Both the position numbers and the translations under genes were made by a program. The notes beneath the pieces were generated by a model. That model had not been told where the DNA came from, made no database searches, and saw nothing but the letters and a program-made list of their open reading frames with translations. Shown here in pieces: positions 28,874-36,253 of a DNA stretch of 40,413 bases. Position 1 is the first letter of the stretch. Every line of letters starts with the position of its first letter. Source of the DNA: a virus (taxonomy: Duplodnaviria > Caudoviricetes); the IMG/VR virus record IMGVR_UViG_3300049138_000107, positions 1 to 40,413 of that record; one strand, given 5' to 3'.

Positions 28874-29019
28874 GCCTTGCCCGACTGCTGCGCGAGCTTT
28901 TCGCCGTGCGACGGGACGGCATCGAGGAAGAATTCAGCGAGCACGACTGCGACCCCAATCGCCGCTGCCGCATCTGCATAAGACAACAGCCCGAACCCCA
29001 TAAGGACTCCCCAAAATGA
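28870..29019 (+). CDS. Small Cys/His-containing hypothetical protein
   Basis: GTGA and ATGA overlaps; HDC...CRIC. Confidence 0.5.
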   Translation: MSLARLLRELFAVRRDGIEEEFSEHDCDPNRRCRICIRQQPEPHKDSPK

Positions 29020-29258
29020 CAACACAGACCGCCAAGCTGATCATCGGCGTCTACGCCGGAATCATCCCTGAGCAGCCCGAAGACGAGTACACCAGGGAAT
29101 ACGCCGTCTCATCCGAAGCCTGGTCCGTCGCCGTCCAGACCGGAAAGCAGACCGAGCTCCTCGACGGAGCGACCGAGACAGCCCAAAAATACGCCGCCGA
29201 GCTGATGCGGCAGCCGGACCGGCTCAACTGGGTGCGCACCGATTGGATCTGGCTCTGA
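29016..29258 (+). CDS. Hypothetical protein
   Basis: RBS AAGGA; ATGA overlap. Confidence 0.7.
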   Translation: MTTQTAKLIIGVYAGIIPEQPEDEYTREYAVSSEAWSVAVQTGKQTELLDGATETAQKYAAELMRQPDRLNWVRTDWIWL

Positions 29259-29335
29259 CAGCCACCACATAGACCCCCCAGGCGGCCCGGCCATTTCCTG
29301 ACGCCATTCAGCGGCCGGGCCGCCCTGGGTACGGG

Positions 29336-29374
29336 AAGGACCCCCACCAACATAACGGTGGGGGTCCTTTTTTT
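29336..29374 (+). terminator. Intrinsic terminator, preceded by a second GC hairpin at about 29277-29329
   Basis: AAGGACCCCCACC-loop-GGTGGGGGTCC followed by a run of 7 T. Confidence 0.9.
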
Positions 29375-29378
29375 GCGT

Positions 29379-29762
29379 TCAGCGGCCGACGACTTGCCGA
29401 CGGAGCGAAGCCCAGGCCGCCCGCCGCTGCGCCCGGAGCTGCAAGTAGTGATCGACCCGCGTGGCCAGGAGGAAAGACGCGACCGGCTCCGGCACCGGGC
29501 AGGACTCGCGGATCTTCGCTGCCCGCCAGACACCCGCATTGCGCAACGTCGCGGCCCCGTTGACCAGGACCATCGTGCCGTTCACGGCGACCAGCAGCCA
29601 CATGTGCCAGGGCAGCGGCGCCTGCATCACCAGGGCAGCCGTAGCACCGGCGCAGAACAGCGCCGTGACCCCTGAGAGGATCGCGAGCCAGGCCGCCGTC
29701 CGAGGTTTGAAGTGCGGCCGCTTGTCCGTCCAGGCCGCCCATTGCTTGTCCGTCAGATTCAT
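29379..29762 (-). CDS. Two-TM membrane protein next to attP
   Basis: ATG 29762 after a GA-rich RBS-like stretch; two hydrophobic helices. Confidence 0.6.
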   Translation of the reverse strand: MNLTDKQWAAWTDKRPHFKPRTAAWLAILSGVTALFCAGATAALVMQAPLPWHMWLLVAVNGTMVLVNGAATLRNAGVWRAAKIRESCPVPEPVASFLLATRVDHYLQLRAQRRAAWASLRRQVVGR

Positions 29763-29790
29763 TTGCACCCTATCCACGCCGACCAGCATA

Positions 29791-29800
29791 CCCATATGGG
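29791..29800. promoter_or_regulatory. Palindromic operator candidate CCCATATGGG, copy 2
   Basis: About 30 bp upstream of the leftward membrane-protein gene. Confidence 0.65.
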
Positions 29801-29831
29801 AACGGAGAGTAACGCAATGTGACGGATTTTC

Positions 29832-29884
29832 TGACCGCAATTCTGACCGCAATAGACCCCCTTTGACCGCAATTCTGACCGCAA
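29832..29884 (+). repeat. attP left-arm integrase arm-type sites, 4 x TGACCGCAA
   Basis: Copies at 29832, 29844, 29864 and 29876 (two pairs, 12-bp spacing). Confidence 0.85.
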
Positions 29885-29890
29885 CTGGCG

Positions 29891-29985
29891 AGGCATTCAG
29901 AGGCACCTAGCGGCACCTAAAATACCCCCTACATCCCCGGATTCTAGCGGGTCCCGGGCACCTAGCCGCACCTAGACGCACCTAG
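29891..29985 (+). repeat. 10-bp-phased GCACCTAG repeats, putative Xis binding sites
   Basis: GCACCTA at 29903, 29913, 29958, 29968 and 29978, plus a degenerate copy at 29893. Confidence 0.7.
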
Positions 29986-30005
29986 CGGCAGAACCGCTTT
30001 AACGA

Positions 30006-30049
30006 ACTCATAATCCTTTGGTCCTGGGTTCAAGTCCCAGTCGCCCTAC
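30006..30049 (+). mobile_element. attP: attP common core: 3' half of a tRNA with CAU anticodon (Met/Ile2 type)
   Basis: ACTCATAATCC anticodon loop, T-arm CTGGG-TTCAAGT-CCCAG, 3' acceptor strand TCGCCCT-A; flanked by arm repeats. Confidence 0.88.
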
Positions 30050-30055
30050 GATAAA

Positions 30056-30097
30056 GGCCCAGGTCAGAGCAGGTTTTCACCGGCTAGGACCTGGGCC
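30056..30097 (+). terminator. Hairpin just downstream of the att core; may supply a terminator for the reconstituted tRNA
   Basis: GGCCCAGGTC ... GACCTGGGCC inverted repeat. Confidence 0.5.
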
Positions 30098-30108
30098 GAC
30101 CGACTTTC

Positions 30109-30160
30109 TGACCGCAATTGTGACCGCAACTGCGAGAATTAGACCGCAACCTGACCGCAA
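30109..30160 (+). repeat. attP right-arm integrase arm-type sites, 4 x (T/A)GACCGCAA
   Basis: Copies at 30109, 30121, 30141 and 30152. Confidence 0.85.
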
Positions 30161-30175
30161 CGAAAAGGACCAGCA

Positions 30176-30406
30176 ATGGAGTCGTCACCGCTGACCATTT
30201 GGACCATTTACGACCGGCCCACGGACTACCCCGACAGCTACGTGGTCCGGCCCTGGATCCTAAGCTCCGGCAGCGAGCACCCCATCCCGGGAGCAGCCGT
30301 CGCAGCACCGGACCTTGACGCTGCCCGGGACCTCGTCCCGGCCGGGAGCTTCAGGATGGAACGCAACCCCGACGACGATCCATGCATCGTGGAAACCTGG
30401 TTCTGA
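30176..30406 (+). CDS. Hypothetical protein
   Basis: RBS AAAGGA; IYDRPTDYP...DDPCIVETW. Confidence 0.7.
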   Translation: MESSPLTIWTIYDRPTDYPDSYVVRPWILSSGSEHPIPGAAVAAPDLDAARDLVPAGSFRMERNPDDDPCIVETWF

Positions 30407-30407
30407 G

Positions 30408-30764
30408 ATGCGCGACGACTCCGGCATGTTTTATGACCGCAACGGGCAGCCGATGAGCTTCGAGGAATGGGCCGATAGCAGGGCCCGCGGCGACTTCCAC
30501 ATCGACGACACCTGGATCGGCGACACCCGGATCTCCACGATCTGGCTTGGCCTCGACAGCGGCATCGTTCCGAACGTTCCGCTGACCTTCGAGACAATGA
30601 TCTTCAACGGGCCCGCCGACCTCGACGGGAAGATCATCCGCTACGCGACCGAGCAGCAGGCTGCCCGCGGCCACCAGCTCGCCGTTGCCGAGGTCCGGGC
30701 CGCCCTGGAGACGACGAAGGGCCCTCACCAGGATGGTGAGGGCCCCAGGGCGGATAAGGACTAA
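30408..30764 (+). CDS. Hypothetical phage protein
   Basis: ISTIWLGLD...PLTFETMIF...RYATE...GH; starts 2 nt after the upstream stop. Confidence 0.7.
   Translation: MRDDSGMFYDRNGQPMSFEEWADSRARGDFHIDDTWIGDTRISTIWLGLDSGIVPNVPLTFETMIFNGPADLDGKIIRYATEQQAARGHQLAVAEVRAALETTKGPHQDGEGPRADKD
30719..30745 (-). terminator. Hairpin just downstream of the integrase stop; probable terminator of the leftward transcript
   Basis: GGGCCCTCACCA-GGA-TGGTGAGGGCCC 12-bp stem; weak U tract. Confidence 0.55.
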
Positions 30765-32080
30765 GAGCTGCGGCGCTTGTTGCGGAAGTCCGCCAGCGAG
30801 ACGACGTCGGGCTCCGGCTGCGGCGCCTTGGGAGCAGCCGCATAGAACTCCTGGAGCTTCGCCATCGCGTCGCGCATCGCCTGGTCCGGCGCGTGCTGGT
30901 AGCGCGTGAGCATCGACCGCTGGCTCCAGCCCATCATGCGCATCACGACGCCGTCCGGGACACCCATGACCATCAGAGTTGTCGCCGCCGTATGCCGGGC
31001 ATCGTGCGGCCGCACCGCAGGGACCCCGTTAGCGGCCAGGAACGCCTTCCAGCGCTTGTTAACGAGCGACTGGTCCATCGGCTGGCCGACAGCCTCGCGG
31101 CGCAGGCAGCCGCGGTTCGGGAACACCAGCGAGAACTCCCGGCCGCGCATGTCGGTCCACACCGGCCACTCGGCGCGGGCCGCCCGATGCCGACGGAGCG
31201 CATCGACCAGCATGCCCGGCAGCGGGATCGTCCGCTCCCCGGCGTCCGTTTTCGGCGTGTCGATCGCTGCGCCGCCGCTGTGCCGCTGCGGGCACCAGCC
31301 GCCCTTCTTGCGGCCGCACGACGGAGCGCCGTCATCGTCCTTCGGGCAGCCGTGCTCCCAATCCAGCACGATCAAGCCCTGCCCGATGACGACGGTCCCC
31401 GCGTCGAGGTCGACCAGGTCCCAGGACAAGCCCAGGACCTCGCCCATGCGCAGGCCGAGCGAGAGGAAGGTCAGCCAGAGCGCCTCGTCCTCCGGGTCGA
31501 GCTCGGCTGCGGCGGCGAGCAACACCTTAGCGTTGTCACCGGAGAGCAGCTCAGGCTTGAACGTCCCTGCCTTCGGCGAGTCCATCCGGTCGGCCGGATT
31601 GGAGCCGAGGTGACCGTGCTGAACGGCGACCTTCAGCGCCCGCGACAGGATCGCCGACAGCTGCTTGATCGTGCTGTCCGACAGCCCGCGCTTGCGCATC
31701 GAGACGTAGAGCTTCTGGAGGTGCGCCGGAGTGATTTTTGTGAGCGGCAGATCGCCGAGCGCCGTGCCTTCGACGTACAGCCGGACCTTCGAGCAGTAGC
31801 CGCGATAGGTCAACGGTTTACGGCCGGAGACGTCGTTCTCGAGCCACCAGTGAAGCCAGTCAATGAACTTCATTGACCGACCGACGACCAGGGTCCCGGA
31901 CTCCCGCTCGATAACGGCGGCCTGGATGTTCGCCGAGCACAAAGCCTTGGTGGCGCCGTAGATCGTCTTGCGCCTCGGCAGCCCGGTCTGCGGGTCGGCG
32001 ACCGTGATCTCGGCAGCCCAGCGGCCGTCCTTACGCTGGCGAGGAACGCCGCCCTCGCCGTTGCTTCTCTTAGAGCCCAT
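30761..32080 (-). CDS. int: Tyrosine integrase
   Basis: GLRMGE (R), TPKT (K), HDARH (HxxR), MGW, TRYQH (Y); N-terminal arm-binding domain. Confidence 0.95.
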   Translation of the reverse strand: MGSKRSNGEGGVPRQRKDGRWAAEITVADPQTGLPRRKTIYGATKALCSANIQAAVIERESGTLVVGRSMKFIDWLHWWLENDVSGRKPLTYRGYCSKVRLYVEGTALGDLPLTKITPAHLQKLYVSMRKRGLSDSTIKQLSAILSRALKVAVQHGHLGSNPADRMDSPKAGTFKPELLSGDNAKVLLAAAAELDPEDEALWLTFLSLGLRMGEVLGLSWDLVDLDAGTVVIGQGLIVLDWEHGCPKDDDGAPSCGRKKGGWCPQRHSGGAAIDTPKTDAGERTIPLPGMLVDALRRHRAARAEWPVWTDMRGREFSLVFPNRGCLRREAVGQPMDQSLVNKRWKAFLAANGVPAVRPHDARHTAATTLMVMGVPDGVVMRMMGWSQRSMLTRYQHAPDQAMRDAMAKLQEFYAAAPKAPQPEPDVVSLADFRNKRRSS

Positions 32081-32345
32081 GAGTCGACGTCTCCCGCGTA
32101 AGCACGTTCACGGCCGAAGCGATGAACGCATCCGCGTGGATGCCGAGCGCTTCGCCGATCCTTTGCAGGTCGTTGAGGTTGAACGGCATTTGATCGTTGA
32201 GCCGCTTGGATATGTAGTTCTTGGACAGACCGGTCTCGTCGCTCAGTTGCGCCGCGGTCATTCTTTTGCGGCCGAGGGCCGCCCGGATTTCGGCGGAGAC
32301 GGCCGAAGCAAGGTCCCCGCTTGGTGCTGATTTTCCTGATGCCAT
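32070..32345 (-). CDS. Immunity repressor (XRE HTH)
   Basis: AAQLSDETGLSKNYISKRLN HTH; divergent from the Cro-like gene; overlaps the int start. Confidence 0.8.
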   Translation of the reverse strand: MASGKSAPSGDLASAVSAEIRAALGRKRMTAAQLSDETGLSKNYISKRLNDQMPFNLNDLQRIGEALGIHADAFIASAVNVLTRETSTHGL

Positions 32346-32431
32346 ACCACCAGCGTAGCGGAAGGTACACCCAACGGAAGCATTAACACCCCCATATTTT
32401 GGGAATTATCGTTCAACCATTGTTTTCTGTT

Positions 32432-32441
32432 CCCATATGGG
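32432..32441. promoter_or_regulatory. Palindromic operator candidate CCCATATGGG, copy 3, in the immunity switch
   Basis: Between the divergent repressor and cro genes, next to the cro RBS; related CCCATATTTTGGG at 32391-32403. Confidence 0.7.
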
Positions 32442-32454
32442 GAAGGATTTCCTC

Positions 32455-32703
32455 ATGGACGCACACAACCTGGCCCGCCACGTAGGAGTGGAAGTGGACC
32501 TCATCATGCGCATCCGCAACCGAAAACGAACAGAGCTGGCAGAACTCCTGGGCATCAGCCCGCAGACCGTCATCCGGCGGTTGAACGGAGAGTTCAGCTT
32601 CGATTTGAGAGAGCTGCAAAAAGTCGCCGAGTGGCTGGACGTGCCCGTCCAGCGGCTGACCGACCCGCAGCAGTCCCTCGCCGCCCAGGTAGGGCAGTCA
32701 TGA
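32455..32703 (+). CDS. Cro-like XRE HTH protein
   Basis: RTELAELLGISPQTVIRRLNG; RBS GGAAGGA. Confidence 0.8.
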   Translation: MDAHNLARHVGVEVDLIMRIRNRKRTELAELLGISPQTVIRRLNGEFSFDLRELQKVAEWLDVPVQRLTDPQQSLAAQVGQS

Positions 32704-32909
32704 CCGGCCCCGTCCGCATGTACAGCGTGACCGACACCGCGGAAATTCTCGGGACCAGCACGAACTACGTCCGGGCCAGGATCAAGGACGGCACCCTGCC
32801 GTTCGTCGAGCTCGGCGGCGGCAAAAGCAAGCGCCGCATCCGCGCCGACCACCTGGAGAAATTCATCCAGGCCCGCACCATCGCCGCCAAGACCAGGAGG
32901 ACCGCATGA
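32700..32909 (+). CDS. xis: Excisionase (HTH_17-like)
   Basis: YSVTDTAEILGTSTNYVRARIKDGTLP...RRI; ATGA overlap with cro. Confidence 0.75.
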   Translation: MTGPVRMYSVTDTAEILGTSTNYVRARIKDGTLPFVELGGGKSKRRIRADHLEKFIQARTIAAKTRRTA

Positions 32910-33025
32910 CGCCGAGACACTGCCTCGAACGCGCCCAGGTCTGCCTGACCACCGGGCAGCAGAAGCTCGCCGAGCTTTACATGACCAAAGCACTCGACCT
33001 GCTGCGGGTCGCCGCGGGCCGCTAA
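32906..33025 (+). CDS. 39-aa hypothetical protein, not in the ORF track (MTPRHCLERAQ...)
   Basis: RBS AGGAGG, ATGA overlap, fills the gap between neighbours. Confidence 0.55.
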   Translation: MTPRHCLERAQVCLTTGQQKLAELYMTKALDLLRVAAGR

Positions 33026-33071
33026 CGAGCCCCACAACCGCAGCTCCTTCTTCACGAAGGGATTAATTGCC

Positions 33072-33404
33072 ATGCCCAACCTTCCCCAAGACCCGGCAAT
33101 CGAAGGCACCCAGCTCGTCGCCGAGTACGCCAGACACCAGGCCGCAGCGCAGCCGCACCTCGAAGCGATGGACCGCATCAAGGAACGACTCCGCGAGCTC
33201 TACGACTACGGATCGCACCAGGCCGGGAACCTCACCGTCCAGATCGCCCGCGGTGCCAGCTTCGACGCCTCGGCGTTCACCCGCCAATACCCGCCGGAGC
33301 TCAACCCGACGTTCTACAAGGCGGTCCCTGACTCGAAAGCGATCCCGGAGAACCTCCGCGAGCACTTCATGAAACAGGGAACGGCCAGGGTGACGATCAA
33401 ATGA
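33072..33404 (+). CDS. Hypothetical protein
   Basis: RBS GAAGGGA; operon context. Confidence 0.7.
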   Translation: MPNLPQDPAIEGTQLVAEYARHQAAAQPHLEAMDRIKERLRELYDYGSHQAGNLTVQIARGASFDASAFTRQYPPELNPTFYKAVPDSKAIPENLREHFMKQGTARVTIK

Positions 33405-34156
33405 TCGGGCGCCTGCACCGCCCCGAGGGAGCCACGCCGCAGCAGCTCGCGTGGGCCGAAGCGCTGGCCGAGGAATACATGGACGTCGTCGTCGCGGGCA
33501 TCCATGACCACCCCAGGAGCCACCAGAAGCTGATCGGCCCGTCCGAGCTCGGCGTGCCGTGCCAGCGGGCCCTGCTCCACAAAATCAACCAGGACCCCGA
33601 GCCCGAGCGAGGGCCAGCCTGGAAGCCCGCCGTCGGCACCGCCCTCCACGCACAAATGGAGGAATGGTTCAGCGGCCGGGAGGAATGGCTCGTCGAGCAG
33701 CGAGTCGACGTCGGCATGATCGGCCCCGAGCAGATCAGCGGCAGCACGGACCTGTTCTACCGGGCCGGAGCGGTCATCGATCACAAATTCGTGGGCAAGA
33801 CCAGGCTGCTGCATTACCGGGCCCACGGACCAGGCGAGCAGTACCGCGTCCAGGCCCACACCTACGGCCGCGGCTGGGCCGCCCTTGGATACCCGGTCCT
33901 CATCGTGATGATCGTCTTCATCCCGCGAGACGGCGAGCTGAGCGACGCCTACTTCTGGTGGGAGCCCTACGACCCGATGGTCGCGCTGGCCGCCCTGGTC
34001 AACGCCAACCGCCTGTACCGGCTCATCCAGGAGGTCGGCCTGGAACGGGCCCTCGCCGAATTTCCGCCCTGCGACGACCAGTGGTGCCCCTGGTGCGCCC
34101 CGGACAACGAGATCGCCGCAGCCCGCGCCACCAACCCCTTCGCCATCACCAGCTAG
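33401..34156 (+). CDS. Cas4/RecB-like PD-(D/E)XK exonuclease
   Basis: GPSELG..C, GTALH, GSTD, IDHK, QAHTY, C-terminal C...WCPWC (Fe-S-type Cys pattern). Confidence 0.85.
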   Translation: MIGRLHRPEGATPQQLAWAEALAEEYMDVVVAGIHDHPRSHQKLIGPSELGVPCQRALLHKINQDPEPERGPAWKPAVGTALHAQMEEWFSGREEWLVEQRVDVGMIGPEQISGSTDLFYRAGAVIDHKFVGKTRLLHYRAHGPGEQYRVQAHTYGRGWAALGYPVLIVMIVFIPRDGELSDAYFWWEPYDPMVALAALVNANRLYRLIQEVGLERALAEFPPCDDQWCPWCAPDNEIAAARATNPFAITS

Positions 34157-34172
34157 GAAAGGACCCGAAACC

Positions 34173-35069
34173 ATGTCCATTTTTGCCCCCTCAGTCAACC
34201 GCTACTTTAAGTTCACCAACGTCGGCGACGCCGTCGAAGGCCGCATCGTCGACGTCGGCGAGCCGCGCCAGTCCTACAAGTACGATCCGCGGCCGAACGC
34301 GCCCCGGCAGCTCGACTTCTACGACTCCGGGAAACCGAAGATGGAAGTCGCGATCACGCTCCAGACCGAGCTGCGCGACCCCGAAGACGCCGACGACGAC
34401 GGGCAGCGCAAGATCATCGTGCCCGTCTACTTCAAAGAGCAGTCGCAGCTCACGGCGATCCGCGAAGCCGTGCGGCTGGCCGGAGCGAAGGAACTCGACA
34501 ACGGCGGCTGGCTCGGCGTCGCCTTCGTAGGCTATGACCCGGAATCGCAGAACCCGCAGAACCCGCGCAAGCTCTACCAGGCCCTCTACCGGCCACCGGC
34601 GGGCGGCGGCGGAGTCTTCAGCCAGGGCCAGGACCAGCAGCAGCCCGCGCAGCCGCAGCAACAGCAGCCCGCCCAGGCCACCCCGCAATGGCAGCAGCAG
34701 CCGCAGCAGCCAGCACCGGCCCAGCAGCAGCCCAGGACGGCGCAGGACTACATCCAGGCCGCAGCGAACGGGTCCCATCAGCCGCAGCAGCCCGCCCAGC
34801 AGTGGCAGCAGCCGCAGCCCGCGCAACAGCCGCAGCAGGACCCCTGGCAGCCGCAGCCCGCGCAGCTCAGCACCCAGCAGTGGCAGCAGCCGTCGCAGCC
34901 GCAGCCGCAGACCTGGCAGCAGCCGCAGGCCGCCCCGCAGCAGCAGAGCACCATCGACGGCGACCAGGTCCGGGCCCTCGCCTCCCAGGGTTTCAGCGAC
35001 GACGACATCGCCGCAGCGACCGGCGCCAGCCCCGAAGCGATCCGCACCCTCCGCGGCATCCAGGGCTGA
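34173..35069 (+). CDS. Putative ssDNA-binding protein with Gln/Pro-rich linker and C-terminal HTH-like tail
   Basis: FKFTNVGDAVEGRI...KLYQALY core typical of actinophage SSB-like proteins next to exonucleases; GFSDDDIAAATGASPEAIR. Confidence 0.6.
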   Translation: MSIFAPSVNRYFKFTNVGDAVEGRIVDVGEPRQSYKYDPRPNAPRQLDFYDSGKPKMEVAITLQTELRDPEDADDDGQRKIIVPVYFKEQSQLTAIREAVRLAGAKELDNGGWLGVAFVGYDPESQNPQNPRKLYQALYRPPAGGGGVFSQGQDQQQPAQPQQQQPAQATPQWQQQPQQPAPAQQQPRTAQDYIQAAANGSHQPQQPAQQWQQPQPAQQPQQDPWQPQPAQLSTQQWQQPSQPQPQTWQQPQAAPQQQSTIDGDQVRALASQGFSDDDIAAATGASPEAIRTLRGIQG

Positions 35070-35134
35070 CCCTAGACCGCCGCCGAGTCACGGAAACCCA
35101 AACCCCCCTTATCACCGTGGCTGGCGGCCACCGG

Positions 35135-35174
35135 CGCAGCCCGCGAGATAACCCCCCAACGCTCGCGGGCTGCG
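35135..35174 (+). promoter_or_regulatory. 13-bp-stem hairpin upstream of the Cas7-like gene
   Basis: CGCAGCCCGCGAG ... CTCGCGGGCTGCG; no U tract. Confidence 0.5.
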
Positions 35175-35213
35175 TCACCCCAAAAGAACCGCCACAAAAG
35201 AAGGAAAAACATC

Positions 35214-35843
35214 ATGGAGCACATCCAAATCGACAAGATCGCCGCCGAAACCCTCCGCGTCCCGATCCGCGGCACCTCGCCGCTGCTGATGCATAACTTC
35301 TCCGAAAAAGCGAAGAGGGAAATGCTCGACCGCGCCCAGGGCAAGAAAGCCGTCCGGGAACCGAAGGACCCCCGCGCCGAGTACGAAGCAGCGTTCTACC
35401 GCATCCACGACGAAGACGGCGCCGACCGCTACGGATTCCCGGTAACCGCCTTCAAGGCGGCAACAGTCGGCGCCGCCAGGTTCTACGGCAAGAACGTGAA
35501 GATGACCGAGCTGCGCCAGTTTATGTTCTTCCGCGGGATCCTCACCAAAGGAGACCCCCAGCAACTAGTCGAAATCCACGGCGAGCCGCAGATGCGCGAG
35601 GACGTCGTGCGGCTCGGCGGCATGGCCAAATCCGCCGACCTGCGCTACAGGCCCGAATTCCGGGAATGGACCGCCTCCCTCCAGATCACCTACGTGACGT
35701 CGAGCCTTTCCCGCAGCTCGGTCCTCTCCCTGATCGACGCCGGAGGAATGGGCATCGGCGTCGGCGAATGGCGCCCCGAAAAACGCGGCGAATTCGGCAC
35801 CTACGAAGTGGACCAGACCCGCGAAATCGAGGTGCTGTCATGA
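35214..35843 (+). CDS. Cas7/RAMP-like RNA-binding protein (Vipr-like effector)
   Basis: N-terminal strand plus IRGTSPLLMH, FPVTAFKAA helix, C-terminal Gly-rich loop GGMGIGVGEWRPEKRGEFGTY; linked to the GGYNN array; fold is inferred from motifs only. Confidence 0.7.
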   Translation: MEHIQIDKIAAETLRVPIRGTSPLLMHNFSEKAKREMLDRAQGKKAVREPKDPRAEYEAAFYRIHDEDGADRYGFPVTAFKAATVGAARFYGKNVKMTELRQFMFFRGILTKGDPQQLVEIHGEPQMREDVVRLGGMAKSADLRYRPEFREWTASLQITYVTSSLSRSSVLSLIDAGGMGIGVGEWRPEKRGEFGTYEVDQTREIEVLS

Positions 35844-36253
35844 GCCTGCGCGACCAGCTCACGGCGATCTACCAGGAACATGACCGGCTGACCCCGGACC
35901 TTGTTGTCGAAGCGGCCACACCGCCCGATCATCCGCTGCATGACCGCTTCGAGTGGAACGACAAGCTGGCCGGACATGAGTACAGGAAGGTCCAGGCGGC
36001 GGAGCTGATCCGCAAAGTGAAGGTCGTCTACGCCGACGAAGGAGGACCGAACGAAAAAAGCGTCCGCGCATTCCTGGCTACAAGCCGGGACGACACCGCG
36101 GAACGGACCTACCGCCCGATCGAAGCGGTCATGGCGGATCCATTCAGCCAGAAACTCGTCCTGCAGGAGTGCCTGCGCGAGTGGAAAACCTTTGAACGCA
36201 AATACGGGCACCTAACGGAATTCGCCCGGATCATCGGACGGCCAGCCGCCTAG
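35840..36253 (+). CDS. Partner protein of the Cas7-like gene, function unknown
   Basis: ATGA coupling; LTPDLVVEAA...HPLHDRFEWND motif; its stop codon abuts the array. Confidence 0.75.
   Translation: MSLRDQLTAIYQEHDRLTPDLVVEAATPPDHPLHDRFEWNDKLAGHEYRKVQAAELIRKVKVVYADEGGPNEKSVRAFLATSRDDTAERTYRPIEAVMADPFSQKLVLQECLREWKTFERKYGHLTEFARIIGRPAA

Noticed and set aside
30006-30049. Complete phage tRNA gene
   Set aside because: Only the anticodon loop to the 3' acceptor strand is present; no D-arm or 5' acceptor strand lies upstream, so it is an att core
29832-32345. Integration-dependent immunity (attP inside the repressor gene)
   Set aside because: The attP core lies about 2 kb from the repressor, and an Xis candidate is present
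33401-34156. Cas4-like nuclease as the adaptation module of the array
   Set aside because: Such exonucleases next to SSB genes are routine phage recombination genes; proximity alone does not show a link
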